This document shows, in pieces, positions 44,701 to 55,519 of a stretch of 64,000 nucleotides of DNA (within the stretch, counting starts at the first letter, position 1; every line of letters begins with the position of its first letter). This DNA is from Marsupella aquatica (taxonomy: Eukaryota; Plantae; Marchantiophyta): NCBI GenBank assembly GCA_973895155.1, contig OZ316893.1, positions 13,222,359-13,286,358 of the forward strand. Reading direction: 5' to 3'. The position numbers and the translations under genes are program-made. The notes under the pieces were generated by a model. It was not told the DNA's origin. It ran no database searches and saw only the letters and a list, made by a program, of their open reading frames with translations.

Positions 44701-47148
44701 TATGTTTTTCTATCACTGCCTAAGAATTGACGTTTTGCGAAAACATTACGCTCCTGCCTTAGCAGCCATCGAAGACTCAAAATAAATGAATGACAGACAC
44801 AAGGCTGAATATTATTGGAATAACCTGTTCCTATTGTTGGACTCTTCTAATTGCATCTATTGCATAGGAACCAAAGCTGAAAACAAACACTAAAATTCTC
44901 TTGACGATTAAAGAGCTAAATTTGAAACTAACACTAAATTCTGCTAAAAATTTTCATGACGGACCAAACTAGAGTCAGTTGGTATGATACAATAACTTCC
45001 TCCTTTAATTTTATAACATTTAATTCATGGGGCTAATTGAGATGATACAGAATGAACAACTTCTTGAGGATCTAAGGATTCATATGGGTGCAACGTCAGG
45101 GCTAACAAAACAACGAGATGAATTGCAAGTAGAGGCATCAAATCTTGCATCGGAGATAGGAATTCTAAAAAATTCTGGAGAATTGCATATTCAAAGGGGT
45201 ATTGCTCAAGGTCGAATTGTAGAGCAACACCAAGCCAAGGTACTGTCTTTTTCAAAGCCCATCAATGACAAGAATGGAACAGAGCAATCGAGATTATGCA
45301 ATTCCCTACTTAGACATTGTTTGACCAAAGTTTTTCATTCATAATTGCTTAGGTTCGATGTCTTTGTCGAATGTGTTGCAGAGAAGATAATGCGTTAGAT
45401 AATCCTTGACGGATCTTGAATGCAATGAAATGAATGTTATCTATCTGAACCTTTCTTGGCCATTAGTGAAACAAATATCAATATTTAGCGAAAATCAATA
45501 GGCGGGCTTTTGCTGAGCAGGTTTGTGTTGTTGAACTGTATCAGAATAAGGATCAAAAAATTAGGGACAGTCTGGTTCAGTGTGGGTTTGTTCAATTGTC
45601 AACTAAAGTATGTTTGTTGAACTCAGTAGCTCTTAATTTTGGAGAGAAGCTTGAGGCAAGTAATTCGCCAGTACAGTGCGGAAAGGTGTGATCTTGAGAA
45701 CAAACATCGGCAAGGGATGGCTGACCTTGTAGCTGAGAAGCAGGTGATTCTGAAGATTATCTGTACATAATAGCATCTAAATCTTGTAAATCAAAATTAG
45801 TAAGCCTGAAGCTTTTTCCCGTCGTTGAAGTCGAACCATTCTAAGCACGACAGAAGAAATGTAGACAGAGAAAAGATATTCCCATGAGGAGTCAAAGCAG
45901 TTAGACATCAAGACAGATTTGGGTGCCGGTTCATTGCTTAAGGTGACTACTTGCCTGTCTATGTTTGTGTAAGTTTTTGGAGCTAGTCCCAGGAGTTTTA
46001 TTGTGCCTGTAAAGAGTCATGAGGAAAGACATAAGAACTAGAGTGAAGAGCAGCCACACTCGGAATTGCGATTCAAAGTTGTCTCGTAATTTGTCTTCCA
46101 CTTAACGAACATGGTAGTGACATGGAATTGTTAATTGGCCTTCGGCCACAGTTTAGTAAACGATTTAAAATCATCTTATGCAAGACCCAATGCAATAAAC
46201 TCTACAAAAAGTTTTAAAAAATAAGAGAATGACAGAGCAGGCAGATCAACAATGAGTTTTATGTCTATGTTGTTGTCATAGATGCTTTAAAGGTGCTGTG
46301 GGAGCTCTTCTCCGTTGAAAGAAAGACACTGGGGAAAAGGATATTCTGTGATCTGTTTGCAAGTTTTGGTGCACAAAAAGAATGGAGAGGCCTGGCAGAT
46401 GGAAACTTTTGGCGCGAGATATATCGTTGGATGTAGTCGAGCGTGGGTTACATTTGCTGTCACTTTGACTAACATAAGGAATTTGTTCAAACGTGACACA
46501 TATATTTTGTGCTCTCAGATGTTGCTAAATTTGGTCGCCGGGAAAACGAACGACCTCAAGAGAGTAAGGCGACTTGCTCAACATGTCCTCAACCAACGGA
46601 CTGAAGTTGAAGCATTCCTTATTGACTCCCTAGAGTATGTCAAAGCTCAGATTTGTGCACGCAAAAGCCACAGGGATGACCATGACGAGAGGTCTGAAAG
46701 AAGGTTTGAAGAGGAAGATCAAAGTAGCAATGCATCATCAACACGTCTCCCTTCAATCAGGTCCACGTCTCACTCCTGGCCAGGAGCCATGAAAGATAAA
46801 AACTACATTCGATCAACAAGGACCGCAAGAGGATTTGAGACTCGCACTAAGTGCAAACACCCGCATCATGACTTCGCCCTCCATCTCCACGAGCTGGACG
46901 AAGTGCCAAGCCAACTGGATTTGTTGGAGAATTTCAAGGACGGCATGCCCAAACTGTTGCCCAAAATCGACATCTCAGACCTATCTTGGAGTGATCGAGA
47001 GAAAGTGTTGAGATTTTTGTTCCTGAAGATTAACAGTGCACGTACAACCATGAAAGACGATGTAGACGGCAGTAAAAGTACTGGTAGGAAGTCTGGTAGC
47101 TATGTTGCCCCATATGCTATCAGTGAATCCGGAAGACTACTTGCATGA
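41722..47148 (+). CDS. BBOF1: Basal body orientation factor 1 (CCDC176/DUF4515)-like coiled-coil protein, 9 exons, ~537 aa. Exons: 41722-41831, 42045-42153, 42758-42838, 43056-43220, 43562-43666, 44299-44409, 45051-45239, 45630-45743, 46519-47148
   Basis: Hand-spliced GT-AG exons keep the frame (1614 nt) and are coiled-coil throughout. The C-terminal blocks KTNDLKRVRRLAQHVLNQRTEVEAFLIDSLEYVKAQI and IDISDLSWSDREKVLRFLFLKIN match the conserved BBOF1 blocks as recalled; LERSFIEK matches the central block. Confidence 0.82.
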
Positions 47149-47917
47149 AGACAATCGTTTTCCCGTTCACCAGTTTTCTCTCTCGTCCTCCCATTTCTTA
47201 GGACATCTCGAAATATTTTTTGGAGTTATGAGACCATGTCTGGGAGATATGGTCCAACCCAGCTTACAAAATTGCAATAAACAATCTAGATGTATGAAGC
47301 TTGATCGTTTCCCAGGAAATTGTTCTGCTGTTGAACACAGCAAAGCTATACTATGTAATGGTGTGACATATCTGCGCTTAATAAAGTGAACCATTGACTG
47401 ATACCTCCAGCTATAAGTCATCAGTCTGGCCAGCAATTGAACGAGCTTCCAATACAGTACTTTAAAAAAAGCGTTGTGGGAATTTTCAGAACTCTCTTGA
47501 ACTCTCTCCTTTGGTCGAGAGAAATTTAAGTTTTCTCGATCGAAAAAGTAATCATTCAGTTCTGTATACTATCGTTTCTTCTCCACTTTGCCATCCTCAC
47601 AAACTCCTGATCGTTGCTCGGTTTTCTCGGTTTTAGTATATCGCATTCAACTTCCCCAACCTCCTTAATTTCCTTCTTGGTTCAATGATGTCTTGATTGC
47701 TGTCATGAATCTCTCAGAGATAGTGCAAGTGGCTTGACTTTTGATTCCATGTGTCGTTATTTGTCTGTTGTCGTGTAAATATGCCGCAGGAGCTCTCTCC
47801 TTACCTCAAGGAATTTTTTTCCACTTAACGCTGTTGTGGACCCAAGGAAACGCTCGAGCATTCTAACATCAACTGGTCCACACGCCACAGTAAATGGTGG
47901 ATAGTGCACGATAAATG

Positions 47918-48190
47918 TAGCTTGCGAGAAAACAGAAAACTATTTCCTATTGGGACGAAAAAACCATAATATACACCAATTTTTTGCCTTGAAAGCCGAA
48001 AGCAGATCCATCCAACAGAGGATAAACGTGCTGTGCACCATGCCCCAAAGCTAGCTTGCGAGAAAACAGAAAACTATTTCCTATTGGAAGGAAAAAACCA
48101 TAGTATACACCAAATTTTTGCCTTGAAAGTCGAAAGCAGATCCATCCAACAGAGGATAGACACTCTGCTGGGCACCATGGCTCACCATGC
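47918..48190. repeat. 134-bp tandem duplication spanning the SINE 3' junction
   Basis: tagcttgcgagaaaacagaaaactatttcctattgg...gccttgaaag.cgaaagcagatccatccaacagaggata starts at 47918 and again at 48052. Confidence 0.85.
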
Positions 48191-48357
48191 CCCAAAGCAG
48201 GCCAACCAGGGGCTGAAGAGTAACAAGTACTCCCACCACTACATCCCACCCACACACATAGATACCCTTCACACCCCTTGCGTGTGGAGGGGGGGATTGA
48301 ACCTGGGACCTCTCGGTTCTAGGCTAATCCCTTTGCAAACTGACCTAAGCAGATGCT
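48170..48357 (-). mobile_element. tRNA-derived SINE-like element
   Basis: The minus-strand head has an A-box-like TAGGTCAGTTTG (48336-48347) and a B-box GGTTCAATCCC (48293-48303) with tRNA-like spacing, but no complete cloverleaf. The body is shared with 29760-29850. Confidence 0.7.
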
Positions 48358-48391
48358 TAAACAAATAAACATACACCACTTCAATGGTAAA

Positions 48392-49962
48392 ATTAGTCAC
48401 TAACTAGCAAAAACCTGGTTTATATCTTAGTTGTTTGTGCATTTTTTTAGTAAAGCCCAATTTGGGATCCCTCTTTTAGCTAGCAAACTCACTAACCATA
48501 GTGAATCTTAGAAATGCACTAGAAATACAAAAGTCAACAAAATTCAAAAGGCATTAAAACTACTTCTGTGACTCCTTAACAATATTCTTCTCACTAGCAA
48601 AAATTCCTGAGTGTGTGCTTGCATCTTACAATATCTTGATAATACAAGGCTCCCCCAAGACACCCCTGGCCTGCACTTTCCACAGTTTGCACTACTCAAA
48701 ACTGTAAACCTAAACGTTCTTGCACTTATGGATGATTGTCATTACTTTGCACTTCTACAGTACATTCTCTGCAGAGATGCTCTGCACTCTCTTTCTGAAG
48801 TTTCCTCCACACCAAATGTTGAATTACCATGGATAACATATTTCACACTAACAGGGTAAAAAGAAATGCACATAGGCTTTTGAACTGGGTTTCTCCATAT
48901 TGCTCATTGCAAGATCCATTTGAGCTCTTTAAAAAGGACACTAAACCAACTTTCCAACAAACCAATTTTTCTCCATTCTAATCATGACTTCTATATGAAC
49001 TCTCCCTGTTCAAGTGTGTTACACTTGTGAGTGTAAAGCTCTAAAGGTCCATGGGTGCAGTGACTGAGGTTCAGTGGCATGGTCCCTGAACCATTTTCTC
49101 TCACTTAGACGACCGTAACCCTTTGCTTTGATCTGACATAGGCTGGAATTTGAAGGGAAGGATGAAGGAGTTGAGGACAATGAAGGAGTTGAGACCCAAG
49201 CTTATTGCAGATTAGAAGGCTAACCTGTTTGGGATTCTGGTGGACAGTTGATGGGAATCTCATTTATTACATCAACCTCTTGGGTCCCACTCCTAGATGT
49301 TGGGTCCCACTCCTAGATGTTGCCTGCCTACATGTTTCCATTCAAGTGATAAGAGAGTGGCCTCCAATTTTTGTGAGTGTCAAATCATTTCTGTGCAAAT
49401 GGCTTCAGTGAACCCCACTTTGGGATGACTGTTTGTGCAAAAGCTAGAACTCGGAACCTCACTTGCCACAATGAAGATTGCTACCTCTGGGCTACACTTG
49501 TTGGGATGCCTGAAGCAAACTCTTCACTAACGTGGATCTGTGCACTCTAGGTAGCATGAGGAAATGTGAAGACATAAACCCTCATGTTTTCACCTTGTGT
49601 GCGCACGAACACAAAAAATTTGTCTCCAAGCAGGCTCATCCACAACTATTGGACTGCTCATGGAAAGGTATTTTATAATGCGAGCACACAGGAATGTTGT
49701 TAGTGAGGAGAGTGTTGTTAGCAAGACACTAGTGGTTTAATTTTTGTTTGCTTTTTGCTGCCTTTTATAGTTTTGTGGTTTTTATGCCCAGATGGCTAGT
49801 GAGTTTACTAGCAAAAAGAGGAGTCCCCAAAATGTCTATGACCAACCAGGGTGCTGTTAGCGAGGCAGTAAGTTGGATATAGAAAAATTAGGGGTCATGT
49901 GAGGATAATATTTGCTTGGACGAGGAAATTCTTTACTGTTCCCTCACACGCTACAATGACCC
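48392..49962. mobile_element. Fold-back TIR element with long inverted arms (48392-48637 / 49666-49962); left terminus missing
   Basis: tttgggatccctcttttagctagcaaactcactaaccat and ctcactagcaaaattcctgagtgtgtgcttgcat have inverted counterparts at 49791-49833 and 49666-49740. Confidence 0.55.
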
Positions 49963-50082
49963 GCTCATGGAACACTCTTCTCCTACTTAAAAGTCTAGTT
50001 TCCAAGTGGAGCCTTTCGTGTTATACCAATTGTCACTACACTGTTTACCTTAACTAGTATCATAACTTATTTAGTCTCCTTG

Positions 50083-50673
50083 CTTAAATAGTCTCACACA
50101 CACTAACAAAGGTGTGACTACAAATCTCAAAAGAATATAAAAAGTAGGTTCCTTATTAGTCTCCTATGGATTAATAAAAAAATCCCCTGTGGATTCCGAG
50201 TCTGAAAATGACAATTTCAGATCATAAGGACATGTTCAGATGAATCTGGACATGACAATTCAATCTGGATCTGGAAATGGATTTAGAGTAGACTCGGATT
50301 GCAGTAGTACAAGCAGTGAGCTTAGTCTATTGTAAGTAATTCATTCTAGTTTGATTTTAATTGCATTCATAATCTGCTTTTGAGTTCATCATACTTTAAT
50401 AAAGTTTGAATTTTAACTGACATTCAGTTTTGATTTATATGCCCTTGCAAATACGTCTTACTACTGGAAATTTTTGTAGTTTTCATAAGTTACACTCATT
50501 AATTCAGAGTTCATCACACACTATTTGCATGTCACCAAAAAATATTCTCACTTACTTTAATGTAGAATGACATATATTTACTCTACACTTCTTAGATAGT
50601 CTCACATACATTACTGATAGTGATATCGTTCAAAACCGTTTGTTCCTAAATATTGTGTGTGAGACTAATTAAG
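50083..50673. mobile_element. MITE-like element with 20-bp TIRs
   Basis: cttaaatagtctcacacaca (50083-50102) versus tgtgtgtgagactaattaag (50654-50673), one mismatch. AT-rich non-coding interior, with an extra TIR-like copy at 50591-50610. Confidence 0.5.
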
Positions 50674-51116
50674 GTTTGCCTGCCACCTCCTCGAAGAGCA
50701 TGCGGCGTGCCCAACACTCTAACACAAGGCTCTGTTTTTGGAGTACACCACAGTACTGTAGCCCTGCTTTGCATTTGTGGGTCTAGGTGAAATTCTATGG
50801 AAATGGTTATTGACTGGTAAAAGTACGCAATGCCACCATGAAAAGTCGTCCACCGATTTTCATCATATGCCTGAAAGCAGATCAAGAGCTTCTTCCAAGC
50901 AGGGCGAAAAGATTGGATCTGTTGCTCAGTTGGCTGCAGTAATTGAAGGGGGAATTACTCTACTGCAGCCGGCATGTGACCTCAATGGGTTTGTGAATTG
51001 AGTGTAGAGAAAGTCATCACTGTTGGGTCCATGGTGAGCCAGCAACAATCACACTCCACCTGGATTGACGAAAAGACACAAAGAACTCGTGTGTGGGACG
51101 ATTCTCCACTCTGCTC

Positions 51117-51330
51117 TTTGCTTTTGAAGACAGGCTTGATAGCCTGATTTGATGCTTTGTACATCTTGAGCACCTGATTTATGCTTTGTGTACTGTCCCG
51201 GTTTAGTGAATCGTTTTTGCTCTTGAAGAACTGATTTGATGCTGTGTGTACTGTACCGGTAGAGTAGGCAGTTTTGCTCTTGAATTTCTGATTTGATGCT
51301 TGTGGACTGCTCGGTACAGTAGACCACGTT
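51117..51330. repeat. Degenerate ~57-bp tandem repeat just upstream of the Rieske oxygenase
   Basis: ttttgctcttgaa...ctgatttgatgct.tgtgtactgt.ccggt occurs three to four times. Confidence 0.7.
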
Positions 51331-51461
51331 TCTCGTTGTTTCGATTTCCAGAATTTTGCAAGGTAACGCCGTGAGGGAAGAGGTGGAACTTCGGCAAGAG
51401 CTGGTGAGCAGAAGAGGGTTTCAGGGGAATTCATAAGTAAAGCTCTTCCGGACGGCCCTCG

Positions 51462-53240
51462 ATGGAGCCTTTGCAAGCACTCCATGCTGTGACATCTGGG
51501 ACGAGCTATGTCACCGTCATGCAGGCGAGTAGATGCGACTCAGGAGACGGAGGCAGGCGAGCATCGTTGCTGAAACGGTGCCACAGCTCGGCTTCCACAT
51601 CCAAGTTGCTACTTGAAAACAGAGCAAGTGTTAGACCTTCTGCTCATGAAAGCAGGGGTTCAAAGCAGACGGTATGTTCAGTAGCAGCATCAGCAGGGGG
51701 CCGAAATGATCCAGCTCCACATGAACTAGGTCCAGCAGATTTCGTCTTAGCGGAGAAGATCTTACGCCTCTGGAGAATCCAACCGAGACCCAGACAGAGC
51801 TCATGGGTGCCCAATGTGGCCACCAGTCCTAAAGGGGAGATGTGGCAAAGTGTAGATTTCGAACCTTCCCCCTCTGTTGATGACGAGAGCAGCAGTAAAT
51901 TTGATTGGAAGACCAACTGGTACCCCGTAATTCCGGAAGTGGACCTGGACAAAAAGGTTCCGTATCCTTTCCACATTCTGGGCCGTAAGGTGGTTTTCTG
52001 GTATGATTCTGAGAAGTGGAATTGCGTTCTGGATGTCTGCCCACACCGTCTGGCCCCCCTTTCAGAGGGCAGAGTTGATGAGCAAGGATGTATACAGTGC
52101 TCCTACCATGGATGGAGCTTCCGGGGAGATGGATCTTGTGCCAATATCCCTCAGGCCAGGAAAGAAGGGCCAGAGGCCAAGGCATGCGAGCAAAGCAAGT
52201 CCAGAGCAGTAGTGCTCCCTGTTGTTGTCAAGCAGGGGATTCTTTTCGTGTGGCCTGATGAGAATTCCGCAGAGCTGGCCAGTAGGACTGAGCCGCCAGT
52301 CACTCCTGGCATAGATGAGGAAGGATGGTGTGCTGTGGGAACGTTCAGGGATGTGCCCTATGGGTATGACACAGGGATGGAGAACTTGGTCGATCCTAGT
52401 CATGTTCCGGTTGCTCATCACAACGTCAATGGAGGCATGATGGGGAAGAGAGATCAGGCCACGTTTTTGGATTTAGAGGTGAAAAAGTCGGGGCCAACGG
52501 GGTTCGAGGCTGAGATGAAGAAGGCTGTTGGAGCACCATCGATTCATACGTTCCATGCCCCTGCTCGTTTCACTTATGCTTTTGAGCTTAGAAACATCAA
52601 AGGGGCTCAGGCTGCAACCACCACTTACTGTACCCCCACAACCCCAGGGAATTGTCGGATTCTCGTTGTGAATGCGAGGAATTTCATGATTGGGATGTCG
52701 AGTGGGTCCAATTGGTGGCAATTTTTTCCCAGGTGGCTAGATCATCAAATGATGCTGAATATTTTGGATGGAGACGCTACCTTGTTACATGGGCAGGAGA
52801 GGTACTTGAGAGAGAAGACTGGTGATGACTTGGAAAAGTGGAACAACGGCTACTTTATGCCCACCTCAGCTGACCGATATGTCGGGGCGTTCAGGCAGTG
52901 GCTCACAAGGTTTGGTGGCAAGGGTGTGCAATGGGCTGAGGGAGTTGATCCCAGCCTTCCCCCACTCATCACCAAAAGAGAAGATCTTCTGAACCGTTAC
53001 ACAACTCACACTCAGCAATGTAAAGTTTGCAGCAAAGCTCTCCAGAATTTCGAGCTTACCAGGAAAGTACTCTTCGTTTTAGCTGCAGCCCTTTTAGGTG
53101 TGGGTGCAGTTCTGGGGAATCCAGCAAGCCGTATGCAAGCAGTGGCCGTTGCAGCGCTTGCTGGCATTGTGGGATGGTGGTTAGGAGGATGGATCCAGAT
53201 GTTCTACTACAAGGGCTATGATCATGCTCGAATCCCCTAA
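51462..53240 (+). CDS. Plastid Rieske non-heme iron oxygenase of the PAO/PTC52 (ACD1-like) family, 592 aa, intronless
   Basis: Ser/Arg-rich transit-peptide-like N-terminus; FDW..NWYPV; Rieske motif CPHRLAPLSEG...CSYHGW; mononuclear iron motif ENLVDPSHVPVAHH; C-terminal HTQQCKVC and two hydrophobic helices. The subfamily cannot be assigned by eye. Confidence 0.92.
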   Translation: MEPLQALHAVTSGTSYVTVMQASRCDSGDGGRRASLLKRCHSSASTSKLLLENRASVRPSAHESRGSKQTVCSVAASAGGRNDPAPHELGPADFVLAEKILRLWRIQPRPRQSSWVPNVATSPKGEMWQSVDFEPSPSVDDESSSKFDWKTNWYPVIPEVDLDKKVPYPFHILGRKVVFWYDSEKWNCVLDVCPHRLAPLSEGRVDEQGCIQCSYHGWSFRGDGSCANIPQARKEGPEAKACEQSKSRAVVLPVVVKQGILFVWPDENSAELASRTEPPVTPGIDEEGWCAVGTFRDVPYGYDTGMENLVDPSHVPVAHHNVNGGMMGKRDQATFLDLEVKKSGPTGFEAEMKKAVGAPSIHTFHAPARFTYAFELRNIKGAQAATTTYCTPTTPGNCRILVVNARNFMIGMSSGSNWWQFFPRWLDHQMMLNILDGDATLLHGQERYLREKTGDDLEKWNNGYFMPTSADRYVGAFRQWLTRFGGKGVQWAEGVDPSLPPLITKREDLLNRYTTHTQQCKVCSKALQNFELTRKVLFVLAAALLGVGAVLGNPASRMQAVAVAALAGIVGWWLGGWIQMFYYKGYDHARIP

Positions 53241-53506
53241 AAGCTGAAAATAATACCGTGGAACTAGATGAGATGGTTTTGTGGTCTCAAGAAATGCAAG
53301 TTTGTACGTTTCCTGTGGAAGATGCTGTACATTTCTGTTCATTCTCTGTGCTGCATGTTTGTCAACATTTTTAAATTTCAATTCAGAGCTAGGTTTTCCT
53401 GGAAGTTTTTGGAAGAAAACCATCTGAGTCAGGAAAAAGTGTGAAACCTTACTATTTTGCGCTACACCTAGCTTTGGAACCGTATAATATATTGATTGTT
53501 TTTTAC

Positions 53507-53870
53507 CTCAATTCGCTGAAGTATAATGACGTCATGTACTTCAGAAGGTCAACTCATTGTATGATGTAATGCACAGTAGAATGGACTTCTACAGCTCAAT
53601 TGGCTGGAAGTAAAATGTAATGCTCTTCTCCAGCTGAATATACTGGATTCTATAATTGTTGTACTTCTCAACCACACTGCATTGTATGATGTGATGCACT
53701 CTCTAGCTAGCTTCACTGAATTTTTGTTTTACTATTGGTTTCCAGTACTTAACTCACTGGATTTTTACGATGTAATTCACTTCTGGACTTAATTCGCTTG
53801 GATGATGTGCTGTGCTTCTACCGCTTCAATTCACTGGAATTGTACGAGGACACTTCTCGAGCTTTCAATA
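53507..53870. repeat. Degenerate ~40-bp tandem array (about 8-9 units)
   Basis: A unit resembling tcaattcactggaattgtatgatgtaatgcacttctacagc recurs across the interval. Confidence 0.6.
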
Positions 53871-55301
53871 AGCTAAGTTGCATATTGTTATCCAGTTGTT
53901 AAGTTTACTTTCCAACGAATAATGCAATTTCCCTGCAGTTATCCCGGTATTTACTTATTGCGCGATACAGATGTGTCATTCAAGATTATCACAATCGTGA
54001 CAGTTTGCGATCAAATGCGCTGGTTATTACAGTTAGACCTCCTATTGCTGTTGAGCCCTGCGGTGGCTGCTGCTGCACCTCATATTGCTGTTGAGCTTGC
54101 TGTGGAATCTGAATGGGTTGAAGTTGTTGTTGTGCCGGAATATTCGCTGTTGTGAAAGCATGTCAGATTTGCTTGAAAACCTCCATACTTTTTACAATAT
54201 GCTTTTCAATTGATTCTACTTGATCTTGATCGAATTTCCGAGGCTCTGTTTCTTGAGGCGCTGTGAAGTACGACATCAATTAAAGCGTTTGCAGCAGCTC
54301 TGGAGTTATTGACTGACACATCCAAACAAAATGTGCTGTTAAGTTTTCCAACAGCCAACATTCTCGTGAATACTGGAGAAAATAGTCGGGCTTGATGCTA
54401 AAGAATACTACAAGAAGTCCAGCTACTTCAGCCTCAAACTTGAGCTAATTCAGCCATCGTGTCTGAAAGATATTAGGATTGCGCCCTGCAACACAACAGG
54501 GGAGAAGACTATCTGGCACAAGTAATCAGACCCAGACTTCGCAAAAGCCCTTACTAGAAAAGAGGCATCTCACCATTATTCCTTGGTAGTAAATCCTGAA
54601 CACTAATAAAGAGAGGCCTTCAGTCATTCAGGGCGAACAAACTCACCATCGTGTTCCCTTCTATAAGCAAACCATAAAACTAAAAACTTTAAAACTCCTT
54701 AATATCTTCCAGGTCCTTCACCACTTGCAACTGAAAACAAAATATCCATGACCAGACAAGTGAGTCATTTTTCCAAATTTGCCAGTCCACCAGAAGCAAG
54801 CTCACTACATGAAATCCAACTGTTGCCAGTCCACTAGAAGCAAGCTCGGTCGATTAGACCTGATCATTACCAAATATAAAAGGAATTTTCCAAGGCCCAA
54901 AATACTTGCCTTTACAAACAGCTTCTCAATAATCCAAACCTACAGCCCGGGGGTGGCCTGATGAATCAACAGAAGCGGTTACACCAGGAAGACTTTTTAT
55001 ACTTCCAAATGCGTCCAGTATTGAAATTTTTTATTATAGAGAAAGGCTGTCTACCTTGAATTAAGAACACGAGCCCATTATGTTCACTTACAGATGCAAC
55101 TTCTAACAAGAGGAACCTTGTATCTAACTGAGAGTAGGTTCGCTTTGAAGGACCTCATGATCACTGCAAGTAATGTGAATACCAGCGGAGAGCGGTATCT
55201 GAGACTATTAACACTACTTTCCGGACGTTAAAAAAAAAGTCAGAACAATAGTTTCTTTCTATCTTTGACGGCAGTTTCCCTAAAGACTTTCTATTTGTGT
55301 T

Positions 55302-55378
55302 GAGCGACCTTCCCAATTGAGAAGGCCACCGGAGCGTTTGCCTTCTCAATTGGGAAGGTCGCTCCGGTGGCCTTCTCA
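55302..55378. other. Two overlapping perfect inverted repeats (25 bp and 19 bp)
   Basis: 55302-55326 is the exact reverse complement of 55340-55364, and 55318-55336 is the exact reverse complement of 55360-55378. Confidence 0.95.
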
Positions 55379-55519
55379 GTCAAAAATGGCTTCACCAGTC
55401 GCACCCAGGACGTTGCTAGTGTTCTTTCCTAGAAATATGTACATAGTATCATCCCACTAACAACGCATAATTCGTTCGTCATACCAACACTGGGACGTCA
55501 GTGGACATTCGAAAGGTCA

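Noticed and set aside
50089-50105. tagtctcacacacacta resembles the tRNA-Val(CAC) anticodon arm
   Set aside because: No other tRNA arms are present; it is explained as the TIR of a MITE-like element.
50982-51485. 167-aa minus-strand ORF with repeated ASNQ..KSK units
   Set aside because: Translation of the ~57-bp minisatellite; it overlaps the oxygenase start antisense.
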